DNA of 64,000 bases from Mobula hypostoma (Eukaryota). Location of the stretch: contig NC_086097.1 of the NCBI RefSeq assembly GCF_963921235.1, forward strand, positions 209,500,001 through 209,564,000. The letters are read 5' to 3'. This document shows, one piece after another, positions 27,701 to 38,489 of this stretch. How positions within the stretch are numbered: position 1 is the stretch's first letter; the number at the start of each line of letters is the position of its first letter. The notes below the pieces were generated by a model. The model was not told the DNA's origin. It made no database searches and saw only the letters and a list, made by a program, of their open reading frames with translations. Made by a program: the position numbers and the translations under genes.

Positions 27701-30700
27701 CACCACAGGCCCTTCTCAAGCATTACTAATTATATTTGACAGAGAATAGATTCAGTAGCTGCCTTCTCTGATAACATCGAAGAAAGATCTGTTGATGTAT
27801 ATTTGGCCAGAGATTCAGTGATAGGTGTAACATAGCCCGTAACTGGGTTGCCAAACCAGCAGAAATGGACCACTTAGTTGGAGTCTGGTTAACAGAAACT
27901 AATAAAGTTTTATTAAAGAAATGAGCAACACAGTATTCTAATCATAAGGATATAAATGCAACGGGTTAGCAATGATAAAACACACATGTACACAGAACTA
28001 GGTTAATAGGAATCAATCAAGCGCTATCGCAGTCTAGGGGTAAAATGATCAGTCTCAAGTGACGAAGAGTTCAGTTCAGCTTAGTACAGTTAGCAGTAAT
28101 CGCTGTTGTGCCGTTGGAGAGAGAGAGAGATAATATGCAAATCTGATTCAGACAGACCTTTGTTCTTTGCAGTTAGCTTTCAGGCGAACCCTTTTAATGT
28201 CTTCTGTGGTCACCGACTGTGACCCCTCCATTCCAGATACGACCGTTCTTCCGTGGTGAACCCAGCACCCAGGCAAGGGCGGACACACACACCAGGTTCC
28301 CGCCGATCGTACCTTTTCACCCTGTGCATCTATGGTCAGTTCCCGCAACCAGACCTCCAAACTCCCACCAACTTGTGGGGGCACACCGCTCTTCCAGGGT
28401 CTCGTTATCTCGTGATCTCGTGGTGTGTCGTGCCTTAGCGGACCTGTTCCTTTTATTCCCCTGCTGGGGTATCGCCTGTGCACCAAACTTCAAACAGTTC
28501 AGGTTCAAAGCAACCGGTCTGTCAATACTCTTAATTGTGTTTCTCTTCTGTTATCTCTCTCTCCTCTCCCATTAACATTTTGAACGCTTCTCCATTGTCT
28601 CCCTTATCTCTCTCATCAGTATCAATCTTCTGATAACTTGGTTTGTCGTCACATAGGCAATTAACCATTAGTAATGTTGGTTAGAAACATAGAAAAACCT
28701 ACAGCACAATACAGGCCCTTTGGCCCACAAAACTGTGCCAAACATGTCCCTACCTTAGAAATTACTAGGTTTACCCATAGCACTCTGTTTTACTAAGCTC
28801 CATGTACCTATCCAAAAGTCTATTAAAAGACCCTATCGTATCCGCCTCCACTACCATTGCCAGCAGCCCCTTCAATGCACACCACTCTCTGCGTAAAAAA
28901 ACCTACCCCTGACATCTCCTCTGTACCTACTCCCCAGCACCTTAAACCTGTGTCTTCTTGTGGCAACCATTTGTTCTGAGTAATAAATGCTGTTTACAGG
29001 GTTTTACTTCTTTATGCACTGTGTAATCTGATTAAAAACTTAAAGGAGGTTCCAAGATGACTGTCTATGAAGAGTCAGGGACTAAAGAGAATAAACTTTT
29101 GGAAGTCCTTATATCTTGCATGTGATTGTCTAAACACTCTGTAAATGGACTGTTGCACAAAATATGAATAATTGGAATCCACAGGAAACATATGTTGTAC
29201 AGGACACAAATCTATAATTCACCCACTGGCCATTTCAGCTACTTCAGAAAATAGGCAGGTACAAAGGGGAATTGCAAAGCTGGGCATATGCATCTAAGTA
29301 AGATTTTGGACCTAATTTTAACAGAGGCACTGCTCTCACAACAATTCAAAGGCAATTAACTATTTCTGAAATTTAATCACTGTGTTTCCCTTAATAAAAA
29401 AACAACAAATAATAGACAGAGTTTTCTTTTATGTTGGTCATTTCATTAAATTAATTGTATGTTGTGATTTCATTTCCAGGCATTTTATTGTTTATTCCAA
29501 AGAGCTACCAATTATTAGGAAAATTCCATTGTCTGGCATGGTTAGCAATGAACGTGCAAAATCGCTTGATATGTTTTCCATTAAAGATTCAAGTAGTGAA
29601 GGAGCCCTCAGAAGAATAAGTGAATACTTGGTCAAAGTCTACACTGGTGAACATTTTGGAGAGGGTGCAAATGCCAAGGTTTACATTGTCCTATTTGGTG
29701 ACAAGGCATATTCAAACAGGATTCTTTTAACAGAAACATATGATCATCGGAATCCATTTGAAAAAGGTCAGGTAAGAAGTACCTCAATGTAGCCAGAGCA
29801 AAAAAAATGTGATCAGTTTGTATTTTACATTTTTTTTATTTGATATGCTCTGATAATTTCTCAGGTTGACATATTCAATATCATCACAGATCTGTTGGGT
29901 AGCTTATATAAAATTGAAATTGGTTTTGAAGAGGAAAACACTGGTAAGTAAATCTTTGAAGCAACATTAAATACAGTTTAATCTGCTTTAGTTACAGAAA
30001 CCACAAAGTAAATAATAACATGTAAATCATTGTCAAACTTTCTAAGTAGTTACTATTTCTTCACAGGAAATAAGTGGTACCTTGAAAAGATAGAAATAAC
30101 TAATCTAGCAAACAATGAAATCCATGTTTTTCCATGCAACAGGTATGTTAAAGATATTTAAAAAACACTACAATGTAAGATGAAAATGTTTTAATAATAA
30201 ATAAATTAATTCATTAAAGTTTGACCTTTCAGTCTACCTCATCATGGCTCTTTCCCACTAATTTGTCTACCTGCACTGCACTTTCTCTATAAAAGTAATT
30301 ATATATCTGCATTCTGTTATTGATTTTCCTTTTGCTGTACTTCAATGTACCTTATGTTTGGAATGATCTGTCTGGATAGCGTGTAAAACAAAGTTTTTCA
30401 CTGTATCTTGGTATATGTGACAATAATAAGCCAATTATCAATGTTGTGAAAGCGCTCTGCAGTAAACTCAGTTGATATATCTTTTTCGACATTACACAAA
30501 TAAGGCATTACAATAAGGCAGATGTTACAGAAAATGCTGTTATATTATTGCAAATTGTTAGAAGATGGTTATACATTAACGAGCCAGTTTAAACTAATAG
30601 CAAGACAATCAACATTCCAGGAATTCCAAAATCCTGGTTCCAATTGCTGATAATTTAAAACATTTGCATTTTGGGGATAGGATTTATCATTCACAGAGTA

Positions 30701-33700
30701 TTGGAGTATTCAACAACAGAACATTTTAGTCCATTGTTTGTAAATATAATATCCTTGTGCTGTCATAGGCTACTTTTAGAGACAGTTAGGAACATTATTT
30801 TTTGGTGATGCAGAGATGCATTAGAGAAGCCAGAGCCCGAGGATCCAGTTCCTTGTGAACAATGAAAACCAGCAAAGGTAGGGTATCGCATTTTCACACA
30901 ACACAGAAATCTCTGAAGTGTCAGGAGATACAGATTGAACCTACATCAATAGGAAATAATTCCACTCACACAATATCAAGCTTCTTTAGGAATAGCGGCA
31001 TCACATCAATCATGACTTTCATGTGGCGTTGCCACACTGATTTTGTTTTAAAGAAAACACCATGCCACCACAATTTCAACTATAAAGGCAATTGTTCATC
31101 AGAGACTGAATCAAGACTGAAAATACATTTTTTAGGACACTGGATAACTGCTTGAATGAGTGTCATTCCTCTGCCTAAACCACAAATGAACATGCAATTA
31201 GAATTCAAAATGTATTTATTTGTTGAGATATAGAGCAGAGTAGGCCCTTCCTGTTCTTCAAGCTGCGCTGCCCGGCAACCCCTGATTTAACCCTAATCGC
31301 AGGACAATTTACAATGACAATTAACCTACCACCAGTACGTCTTTGGAACGTAGGAGGAAACTGGAGTACCTGCAGGAAATGCACAGGGAGAACACACAAA
31401 CTTCTTACAGTCAGTGGTGGGAATTGAACCCCAATCGCTGTGCACTGTAAAGTATTGTGCTAATCACTGCACTACCCGGCTGCTCTATTCTCAGGAGCCT
31501 TGAAGATTTTGAGAACTCTAAGTTCCCAAAGACAACACATTTCACAGAAAGTACTTCATGCAGATTTTGAAGGTGTATGAGCCCAAAGCAGCAGGAAATC
31601 AGATTGATGAGTATTTGCAATTGTTACAGAATATAGATGAGATATTGATGCCATCAATTTTCCTATTGAACAATGTTCTTGTCTGGTCCATAATCTCCTC
31701 CAACCTTGTAACACATTGCAACATTTATGCTTCGCTATTCTTTAGTCTTGAGCAATGCCAAATCATACCTTTGGTAGTTATATATTTTAATGCCCAGTAC
31801 CTAATATTGTATCTAGAGTTTCTTCCCAAACTCCACCCGCCTTTCTTTCTTTCATTAAGATAACATTTTAAACCTACACCTTTCAATGGGGTTTTGGTTA
31901 TTGACTGTATTGTCATCTTCCTTGACTGCTTTTATTTGGTAATGCATTTTTTGATGCATCGTGACATAGCTTTGTAATGTTATAGCTGTTCTCTGAATCA
32001 ATGCTGGCCTACAAAAGCACACATTAAAATGTTAATATCAGTTGTTCGTGAAGTGATGCTGAACTGCAGTTCACTGTGGGGTGGTTTTCCACAGCCTACT
32101 TAATATGTTCAAACCTGGTGAATTTACTGGAAGCTCCACCAGATGACATTTTCATATTTATTAGCACAGTTGAAATTCTGGAAGACGAATAATGGTACAG
32201 TGTCATTTTCAAATGTTTCTTATGTAGGTACTGACCCACAAAGCACTCATGAAAATGTTATTACTAATTGCTTATCTGGGCATGGGGTGGGAGTGTGTAT
32301 CTTGGCAAAGGAAGATGAGTGCTCCTTTTACCCACTGAACTGTGATAGTTGGAACACCTTTCAACTTCTTGTAGTGAGGTACAGTACATACAATTCTACT
32401 GGTTTGATAGATTGCTTGAGTTTCTTACAGAATGGTGTCCTCTGTAAGGAATGCAGCTGTAAAGAATGGTCATTCCCTCTCTGTTCCTCAACATTTCAAC
32501 TGCCATATCTATATTTTCACTCTGATTAATGTTGTATTTGGCCTCATGCAATGACCTAAATGGTCAAGTAAACTTAAGTAGCTGTGGTATGAATTAATGT
32601 CTCACTGTCACCCCTTCTGATTTTTGTGAATTATTCCCTTTACGTATGCTGTGCTGTGATTGAGATCACAGGAGAGACACTGAAGCTGCTGATGTAGGAG
32701 TCTTTACTCAGCATGACAAGCAAGCGCTCTCATGGAGATCCTTTCAGTAGAGTCTCACAAACTCATAAGTACATCACATTTTTATACCCTTAAGGCCAGA
32801 GGTAACAGCAGGTGATTCAATACAATTCCAGTAGTTACAATCACATTGTTTGCTTCAATATTTTGGGTTGACAATGCTTCCTTTGAATTACATATGTATG
32901 GTAGGAGACACTCCTAAATATTCAAAAATCCCGGCTGGGACAAACAATTTTCACAGATATTCTAAAAACTTCTGAAGACAGAGAACCAGATGCCAGAGTA
33001 CATTATAGATCAGCTATTTATTGCAACTATAATTGTGACCATGTTTGATATGCTAAGTGACAACATCAGTCTGGTCTGCCAGCTTGACCTCAGTCACAAT
33101 GGTGCAAATAAGCTAGCCAATGTTGCCTGGATTTACGCAGGCCCAATTAACAGAACTCCTATTGTCTTAACATTTGGCTGATGCATATGCAAAAGTCTCA
33201 TGGTCACTATTTTACAAACCATATCTCTTAGTCTGTAGCCAGCTTTTGCTCCACAGACAGTGTAAATGCATGGTCTTAACTTCAATTTACTACTTGTAAT
33301 TTACAATTCGTATCAAGAATGGAAGACTGTTTCTAGTTTGAATTATTATCTGCTATATTCACATAACTCCAGAATACTCCCCAACAGAATATGTCTTGCA
33401 TCTGATGACTGATATAAGATCTATCATACCAATTCCATAATTGCCATGTACACTCATGAAAAAATCACCTGTAGCACTTTTCTGTCAAATTTGAGGTACG
33501 TCAATGGATAGATTCACTCAATGAGCTGGAATTCTGGAATTTACTCCTATAACATGACCCAAGATCCCAATCAGGACTGCTAAAACTAAAGAGAAATACA
33601 TGCGGACATTACAGGCATAATACAACCCCTGTAATGGTCATTGCATGTCAGGTAGATCTGAGAGTTCACTGCATTATAACAGTGATATCATTTAATTATG

Positions 33701-36700
33701 ATATAGAGTAATAAAAATAAAATACAGGTTGAGCACCATTTATCCAAAATTCAAAATCCAAAATTTTTTTGAGCATTGACATGACGTTACAAATGTAAAT
33801 TCCACAAGGTGCTGGGTCTCGGGTGACATGCAGAACGCACCACAGACAGTTCTGAAAAGTGACCTCCCATTTGAACCGAAGTTAATGAAAAATAGAAAAA
33901 AATACTGCATAAAGTGAAAAATGAAAATCTCAATCACGTAGTGAAAGAGTGGATTCATCAGCATCGGACTGAACATATGCCGCTCGACGGTATGCTGATC
34001 ATGAAACAAGCAAAGATCTATCACAACAAACTGAAAATTGAAGGTAATTGTGAATATTCAGCAGGCTGGTTGCAGAAATTTAAGAAAAGCCATGGCATTA
34101 AATTTTTAAAGATTTGTGGTGATAAAGTGTCTGCTGATCGCGAAGCAGCAAAGAAATTCATTGATGAGTTTGCCAGGATTGAAGCCGATGAAAATTTAAT
34201 ACACTGAGCGGCTGCACCAGCACGTACAGTATGTGTGATGAACAAGTGTAAGACAAAGGTTGCTTACGGGTAGCACATAAATTCAGAATCAGGGATGATG
34301 GCAATGCAAAACAGCCACTACCTGTCCACCTATGTAGGAGGCCAAGGTAGTGATAGCTTACCTTTCTGAAGGTTCAATGTACAAATTACTGTTTCATGCT
34401 GAAAGTTATTTTAAAAATTATATGAAACTTTCTGCAGCGTACGCTATGTGTATAGGATGAACATGTAATGTAGAAAGAATTCTTGTTTAGACTTGGGTTC
34501 CATACCCAAGGTTTCTCATTATACAGGTACAAAAAATCCGAAATCAAAATCTGAAAAAAAAACAACCAAATCCTGAAGTACTTCTGACCATAAGCACTTT
34601 GGATAAGGAATGCTCAACCTGTACAAATTTTCAGCAGAATAATCATTTGCAGTGAAAGGAGGTATTTATTGAAAGAAGAGAACACGACCATATCCAAAAG
34701 TTTGTGGGTTATTAGAAATAGATGATACTGATGGAACAACAGAGTCAGGAAGGTCTAAGGCAGAAATTTCATTCTCTCAAAGGTTAACAATGTCTTATTC
34801 ATTTGAATAAGCTCCCCAGTTTCTGAAATAATATGTAACACTTCACAGTACTGCAAGCAGTAGTTTAGGTCTTTGGAATTTCCCATTGAGCAATGACTGG
34901 TTTGAAAGGAATAAAGGAACACAGGAGCAGCACACGCAAAATGCTGAAACACTGAGCCGTGCTGAAGGGTTTCGGCCGGAAATGTCGACTGTACTCTTTT
35001 CCATAGATGCTGCCTGGCCTGCTGAGTTCCTCCAGCATTTTGTGTGTATTACTAGGATTATTTCCAGCATCTTCTGGTTTTCTCTTGTTTGTGAAAAGAA
35101 CACAGGGACATTTCTATGGTCGATCAATGTAATGATGTGTTTAAGGAGAAAGGCTCTTCACGTAGCATACTGCAAAGTGCTTTTTTTTTCTTTTCACACT
35201 TACCCTTGAAATATCTGATCATTTCATGTAATGTGCTTTATTACTTGATAATAAATGCAATTTGTCAGCAATTTTACTTTTATTTCAGATGGCTCAGTCT
35301 GGATTCAGGAACAATGGCACAGCTTTACATCACAGGTTTGTACTTATGATCTTACAGTCTGGTGTCTTAGCACCACTGAAATGAGTGAAGTGTCTCATTT
35401 TGGCGTTCATTATTATTAACTCAATTAAAAAATGTGCTCATGGTTATGCAGCACTGTTCCTTAAATTAAGTTTTGAGCACTTTCTAATTTCAAATTTCTA
35501 GTGTTTGCAATTTTGTGCCACTAATTCTCTTATGTCCTGTGACAGTATGTGCATTGATTGCTCTGTGCATTCAAGTCAGATGGCTGGAATCATGTAAGGG
35601 GAAAAATCTTACCTGACAAATCTGTTGGAATTCTTTGAAGGAATAACAAACAGGATAGACAAAGAAGAATTGGTTGTCATTGTGTTCCACGGGGTTCTGT
35701 GTTGGGACCGATTCTTTTTATATTATATGTCAATGATTTGGATGATGGAAGTAATTGCTTTGTTGCAAAGTTTGCAGGCAATATGAAGATAGGTGGATAG
35801 GGCAGGTAGAAGAAATGAAAGGGTTGACTATTTTCTAAATGGAGTGAAAATGCAAACAACTGAGGCACAAAGGGACTTGGGAGTCCTTGTGCAGGATTCC
35901 TTTTAGGTTAATTTACATGTAGAGTCTGTGGTGAGGAAGGCAAATGCAATGTTAGCATTCATTTCAAGAGGACTAGAATATAAAACCAAGGATGTAATGT
36001 TGAGACTTTTTAAAAGTACTGGTTAGGCCTCACTTGGAGTATTGTGAGCAGTTTTGGGCCCCTATCTTAGAAAAGATATGCTGAAACTCGAGAGGGTTCA
36101 AAGGAAGTTCATGAAAATGATTCCAGGATTGAATGGCTTGTCATATGAAGAGCATTTGATGCCTTTGGGCCTGCATTCACTAGAAATCAGAAGAATGAAG
36201 GGTGACATTATTGAAACCTATTGAGTAGTGAAAAGTCTTGCTAGACCAGATCTGGGGAGGATGTTTCCTATGATGGGAGAGCGTAAGACCAGAGGACACA
36301 GCCTCAGAATAGAGGGTTGTCCTTTTAGAATGGAGATGAGGAGGAACTTCTTTAGCCAGAGAGTGGTTAAGGCAGGAGATTGAGGCTGAGAGGAAAATTG
36401 TATCGGTCGTGATGAAATGGTGGAGCAGATTTGATGGAACAAATGGCCTAATACCACTCCTCTATCTTATGGTCTGGATAGAGTCGATGTTGAAAGAATG
36501 TTTCCTACAGTGGGGTAGTCCAGCACCAGTGGGCACAGCCTCAGAATTAAGAGACATCCATTTAGAACAGAGATGAGGAAAACTTTCTTTTAGTCAGAGG
36601 GTGGTGAATCTATGGAAGTCATTGTCACAGATGGCTGAGCAGGCCAATGCATTGGGTATATTTAAGGCACTCAATTAATCAGGGCGTCAAAGGTTATGGG

Positions 36701-37166
36701 TGAAGGCAGGAGAATGGAGTTTGGAGGATTGATGTACCAACCGTGATGAAATGGCAGAGCAGACTTGATGGCTGAATGGCCTAATTCTGCTCCTATACCT
36801 TATGCTCTAAAAACAAAATAGATTCAATATTAGAAGCAGTGAGTTCTCCAGGACAAGAATAGTTGAAACAATAGGTTTGCCGGAGAGTTTGTTTGGGAAA
36901 CCGTGAAGGCAGTGAAGGACGGATCTCCGGAGGAAGTGGCTGTCCAGGAAACAATAAACTGGTGTTTCGTGATGGGGGGGAGGGTGTGGAAGTCTAGAGG
37001 GAGACATGAAAATAATGCTACTTAGATCAACTGTTATCTTTAAGTAAATATCTATTCATTCCTGAATAGATAGATTGTAATCATATATTTTTCAGATAGG
37101 TACTTATTTGTCTAATGTGCTTTTCACTAAAATTATTTTTTTCCAGAAAACTATGAAAGAAAATAA
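3514..37166 (+). CDS. RP1: 3' part of a spliced multi-PLAT/LH2-domain gene (putative RP1 long-isoform extension, LOXHD1-like); join(3514-3748,19104-19252,22646-22721,26118-26196,29480-29771,29865-29943,30067-30142,35289-35335,37147-37166); 5' end probably outside the window
   Basis: Nine exons with AG/GT boundaries whose phases chain without a frameshift (1053 nt). The product has PLAT motifs: YLVKVYTG..GANAKVYIVLFGD, FEKGQVDIF, LGSLYKIEIG, WYLEKIEI, VFPCNRWLS, LYGANGDTGDR. The RP1 name rests on recalled vertebrate synteny (RP1 directly upstream of XKR4, same strand), not on an alignment. Confidence 0.65.
5267..5829. mobile_element. Fold-back Penelope-like insert
   Basis: Two inverted PLE 3' ends; flanking direct repeat ATCTCAGCA at 5258-5266 and 5830-5838. 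Confidence 0.8.
6187..6758 (-). mobile_element. Solo LTR (572 bp) inserted in a LINE 3' tail
   Basis: TGTT...AACA ends, 5-bp TSD GGAGG (6182-6186 / 6759-6763), minus-strand AATAAA near 6248; the host tail resumes after it. Confidence 0.75.
7545..8080 (-). mobile_element. Internally deleted Tc1/mariner DNA transposon
   Basis: Imperfect TIRs (cagtgaacactttattag / aacaaagtggccgctgagtg); minus-strand ORF FDYGIIVGARWGGLSISETAVLLGFSHTTVSRVY resembles the Tc1 N-terminal HTH. Confidence 0.8.
8085..8470 (-). mobile_element. Non-autonomous RTE-clade derivative (5' UTR joined to 3' tail)
   Basis: Minus-strand head resembles Expander/Rex3-type RTE 5' UTRs (gagctatgttg...ggtcacccatg) as recalled; tail ttcattgctgccct...cataatgggcagtaa; no ORF between. 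Confidence 0.55.
8480..11752 (+). mobile_element. Near full-span CR1 LINE with internal deletions (ORF1 esterase, ORF2 endonuclease and RT; inactivated)
   Basis: ORF1 SGNH-like PGARIRDV...VHTGTND; APE endonuclease LNVHSIWNK..VGVTESWL; RT YLDFQKAFDK, VPQGSVMG..FTLYVND; (TCTTATGG)n tail; many stops and frameshifts. Confidence 0.92.
11960..12140 (-). mobile_element. Degraded Penelope-like 3' end
   Basis: ctgcagatgatgg...tgctggaggaactcagcaggtca motif shared with the other PLE copies. Confidence 0.65.
12175..13102 (+). mobile_element. CR1 LINE 3' fragment (relatively well preserved)
   Basis: LQTDIDRLSEWAKVWKM, LYRVLVRPHLEYSV, FSQRVVNLWNSLP; (TCTTATGT)-type tail. Confidence 0.92.
14970..15552 (+). 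mobile_element. Rex1/Babar LINE 3' fragment with internal deletion
   Basis: RT motif LQKFSDDFAIVG, NYLQLNVKKTKELVVD, QSRLYFLRSL; aataaagtttgactacgactatga tail. Confidence 0.88.
15858..15928 (-). mobile_element. Short Penelope-like 3' end
   Basis: tctgcagatgctggaaatccaagcaacacacacagaatgctggaggaactcagca. Confidence 0.75.
18383..18960 (-). mobile_element. CR1 3' fragment interrupted by a fold-back PLE
   Basis: Reverse CR1 tail ccataagaccataa; minus-strand peptide REHSLRREGCPFRTEVRRNFFSQ. Confidence 0.8.
18719..18920. mobile_element. Fold-back (palindromic) Penelope-like mini insert
   Basis: Inverted arms of about 70 bp (about 18719-18789 / 18805-18875); TSD-like GCTCTATCTA / GCTGTATCTA (18709-18718 / 18921-18930). 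Confidence 0.88.
19104..19252 (+). CDS. PLAT gene exon (VSYQIKMYCG...LYGANGDTGDRSL...RDRQ)
   Basis: ttatag acceptor, CAG|gtactt donor, phase 1 to 0; PLAT N-terminal strand motif. Confidence 0.85.
19295..19903. mobile_element. Solo LTR (609 bp, Gypsy-like 4-bp TSD)
   Basis: TGTAA...TTACA ends, TSD TACT (19291-19294 / 19904-19907). Confidence 0.85.
20100..21927 (+). mobile_element. Degraded CR1 (ORF1 remnant, RT, tail) with a PLE 3' end inserted at about 20840-20935
   Basis: ORF1 similar to the 9289 copy; RT LFTLYVND..AKFADNT; tcttgtggtcta tail. Confidence 0.85.
22646..22721 (+). CDS. PLAT gene exon (GYLFEVNAVQLGSLHTLELHVSSIS)
   Basis: ctttttccag acceptor, A|gtaagt donor, phase 0 to 1; F-x-V-x-A-V-x-L-G-x-L PLAT pattern. 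Confidence 0.85.
23158..25316. mobile_element. Large fold-back Penelope-like insert (minus copy 23158-24340, plus copy 24341-25316)
   Basis: Two 5'-truncated copies with GIY-YIG remnants joined at their 5' ends; perfect 12-bp TSD TCCTTGATCTCA (23146-23157 / 25317-25328). Confidence 0.9.
23299..23648 (-). mobile_element. CR1 3' tail nested in the PLE
   Basis: Reverse tail aacatagaacatagaaaacc; minus-strand peptide MRGIDRVDSQRLFP...FFSQRMVSAWNGLP. Confidence 0.9.
26118..26196 (+). CDS. PLAT gene exon (IKLYIKEIYVTEVSYPRKVYAFTVN)
   Basis: ttttttttccag acceptor, GA|gtgagt donor, phase 1 to 2; not in the ORF track. Confidence 0.85.
27250..27600 (-). mobile_element. Rex1-type 3' fragment
   Basis: Minus-strand peptide HGLFSLLPLGRTCRSL..TTRLRNSYYP. 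Confidence 0.7.
27826..28653 (-). mobile_element. Solo LTR (828 bp, Gypsy-like 4-bp TSD)
   Basis: TGTAAC...GTCACA ends, TSD TAGG (27822-27825 / 28654-28657); many CpGs retained. Orientation is tentative. Confidence 0.85.
28682..28972 (-). mobile_element. CR1 3' tail
   Basis: Same family as the 23299-23648 copy. Confidence 0.85.
29480..29771 (+). CDS. PLAT gene exon (HFIVYSKELP...EYLVKVYTGEHFGEGANAKVYIVLFGD...PFEKGQ)
   Basis: tttccag acceptor, CAG|gtaaga donor, phase 2 to 0; clear PLAT start motif. Confidence 0.9.
29865..29943 (+). CDS. PLAT gene exon (VDIFNIITDLLGSLYKIEIGFEEENT)
   Basis: ttctcag acceptor, G|gtaagt donor, phase 0 to 1; follows a 93-nt intron. Confidence 0.9.
30067..30142 (+). 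CDS. PLAT gene exon (NKWYLEKIEITNLANNEIHVFPCN)
   Basis: ttcttcacag acceptor, AG|gtatgt donor, phase 1 to 2; W-x-L-x-x-I and F-P-C-N-R-W PLAT motifs. Confidence 0.9.
31207..31477 (-). mobile_element. tRNA-derived V-SINE (HE1-like)
   Basis: Minus strand: A-box-like tagtgcagtga, B box ggttcaattcc, V-domain-like gtttgtgtgttctccc...tactccagtttcctcc...ccaaaga. Confidence 0.8.
32650..33260 (-). mobile_element. Possible older solo LTR
   Basis: Start resembles the 6187 LTR (ggagagaca...cttta(c/t)tca); minus-strand TATA-like motif; no TSD resolved. Confidence 0.35.
33725..34621 (+). mobile_element. Tigger/pogo DNA transposon, internally deleted (Tigger4/Zombi-like)
   Basis: TIRs CAGGTTGAGCA / TGCTCAACCTG with TA on both sides; ORF 33914-34207 is a CENP-B-type HTH (KEWIHQHR..GMLIMKQA..SAGWLQKFKKSHGI). 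Confidence 0.92.
34926..35097 (+). mobile_element. Penelope-like mini insert with a short inverted 5' arm
   Basis: PLE 3' end starting at the hammerhead motif; flanking GAACACAGG at 34917-34925 and 35098-35106. Confidence 0.8.
35289..35335 (+). CDS. PLAT gene exon (WLSLDSGTMAQLYIT)
   Basis: tttcag acceptor completes CNR-WL; G|gtttgt donor. If unspliced it reads GLYL-stop at 35349. Confidence 0.8.
35590..36805 (+). mobile_element. CR1 3' fragments with two successive tails
   Basis: RT remnants; a tail ending near 36474 is followed by a second copy of the ORF2 end and tail ending near 36805. Confidence 0.85.
37147..37166 (+). CDS. Probable terminal coding exon (ENYERK-stop) followed by an AT-rich 3' UTR
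   Basis: tttttttccag acceptor, phase compatible, TAA at 37164-37166; several AATAAA hexamers downstream to about 37780. Confidence 0.5.
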
Positions 37167-38489
37167 AGGAAACTGCACACCAATGGTAACAATGAAAATA
37201 AATCAAAGACAAATCGGTTGGATCAAACACTAATGTCTAAGCCTTTTCAAACATCCTTTATAAATAAACTCAGAAAAGAAATCCAGATTTAATCCAAGTT
37301 GTGTTTTTCTTAAAGTCTTTTTGTATCAGTTGATTCCAAGTAAATAATTACAATGGAAAGCAGTGAAGCTTAATTTGATAAGAGAAATCAATACCTACTA
37401 GAACCTGACTCTCTCAGTAAAGATTGATATTAGAAAGGTGCATATCTAAAGTGATATGTTTTTTAGCTATATATTTTGTGATTATTTAGATTCTCAATAT
37501 TGGATCTCTCTCTAATTTATCATGTAAGAATGTAAATAAATAGAAAAATTTTAAAAGTAAATTATAATTTCATGTCAGAAGATAGCCGATACGATAGTTT
37601 CAGAAGAAATAATACCTGATTTATAATACACCAAAATGGATTTAGGTTTTGCTTTGAAATTTAAAAATTCTGTCACAATTGCCTGTGTTCTATTAACAAT
37701 TAAAAGTTAAGACAAAATAATGGGGCACAAATATGATTTAATAAATGCATTCTGTAATATTAAAAATCAATAAATAAACAGACAATGTTGAAATAATTGA
37801 TGTGTCAGACACCATCTGTGGAGAACAAAATGGAATTAACATTTCATCTGGGTGACTTTAATCAAAACCTTACTGAAATTGTTGTATTATTTATTATTGC
37901 TAAAAATCAATATTGTGCATAATATGAAATATATTTGAATGCTTTGGGAATAATAACAATAGTAGTTTAAAAATATCCTTGTCAACTAAATGTGTTCATA
38001 ATATTTTAATTAATCAATAAAATATGTATTAGTTGGATTTACTGTGATTTTAGCTGTGTTTTTTGTTATTTTTTTCTTCTGAAAACTCCTGCTCAGCTTC
38101 CAACTGTACTTCTTTTATTCTATGACACCAAACCATGTCAGTACAATTACCATTCCATCAATGAAGTTCAATAACCAGACACAACTCTTATCAATATTCT
38201 TACCCATTTGTTTCAAAGGTCCCTTGGCTATTCTCCACCCTCCATAAAATTCAGCTCATCCAGAACTTTGTTGTTAGACTATGAATTATTCATTATTTGT
38301 CCCTTTCTTTTTTTACACGGGCTCCGGGACTATCAATGTACTGAATATAGGGGGAAAAGTACAAGTTGTCAGTACTGTAGCACCCATTTAACACTAAACT
38401 AAAATATGAAATTTACCACTTTACCTTTAATCTCAATACTTTGTAGCTTTTGGTCTCAATAGACTTTAACATTGGTTTATCAGAAGATA

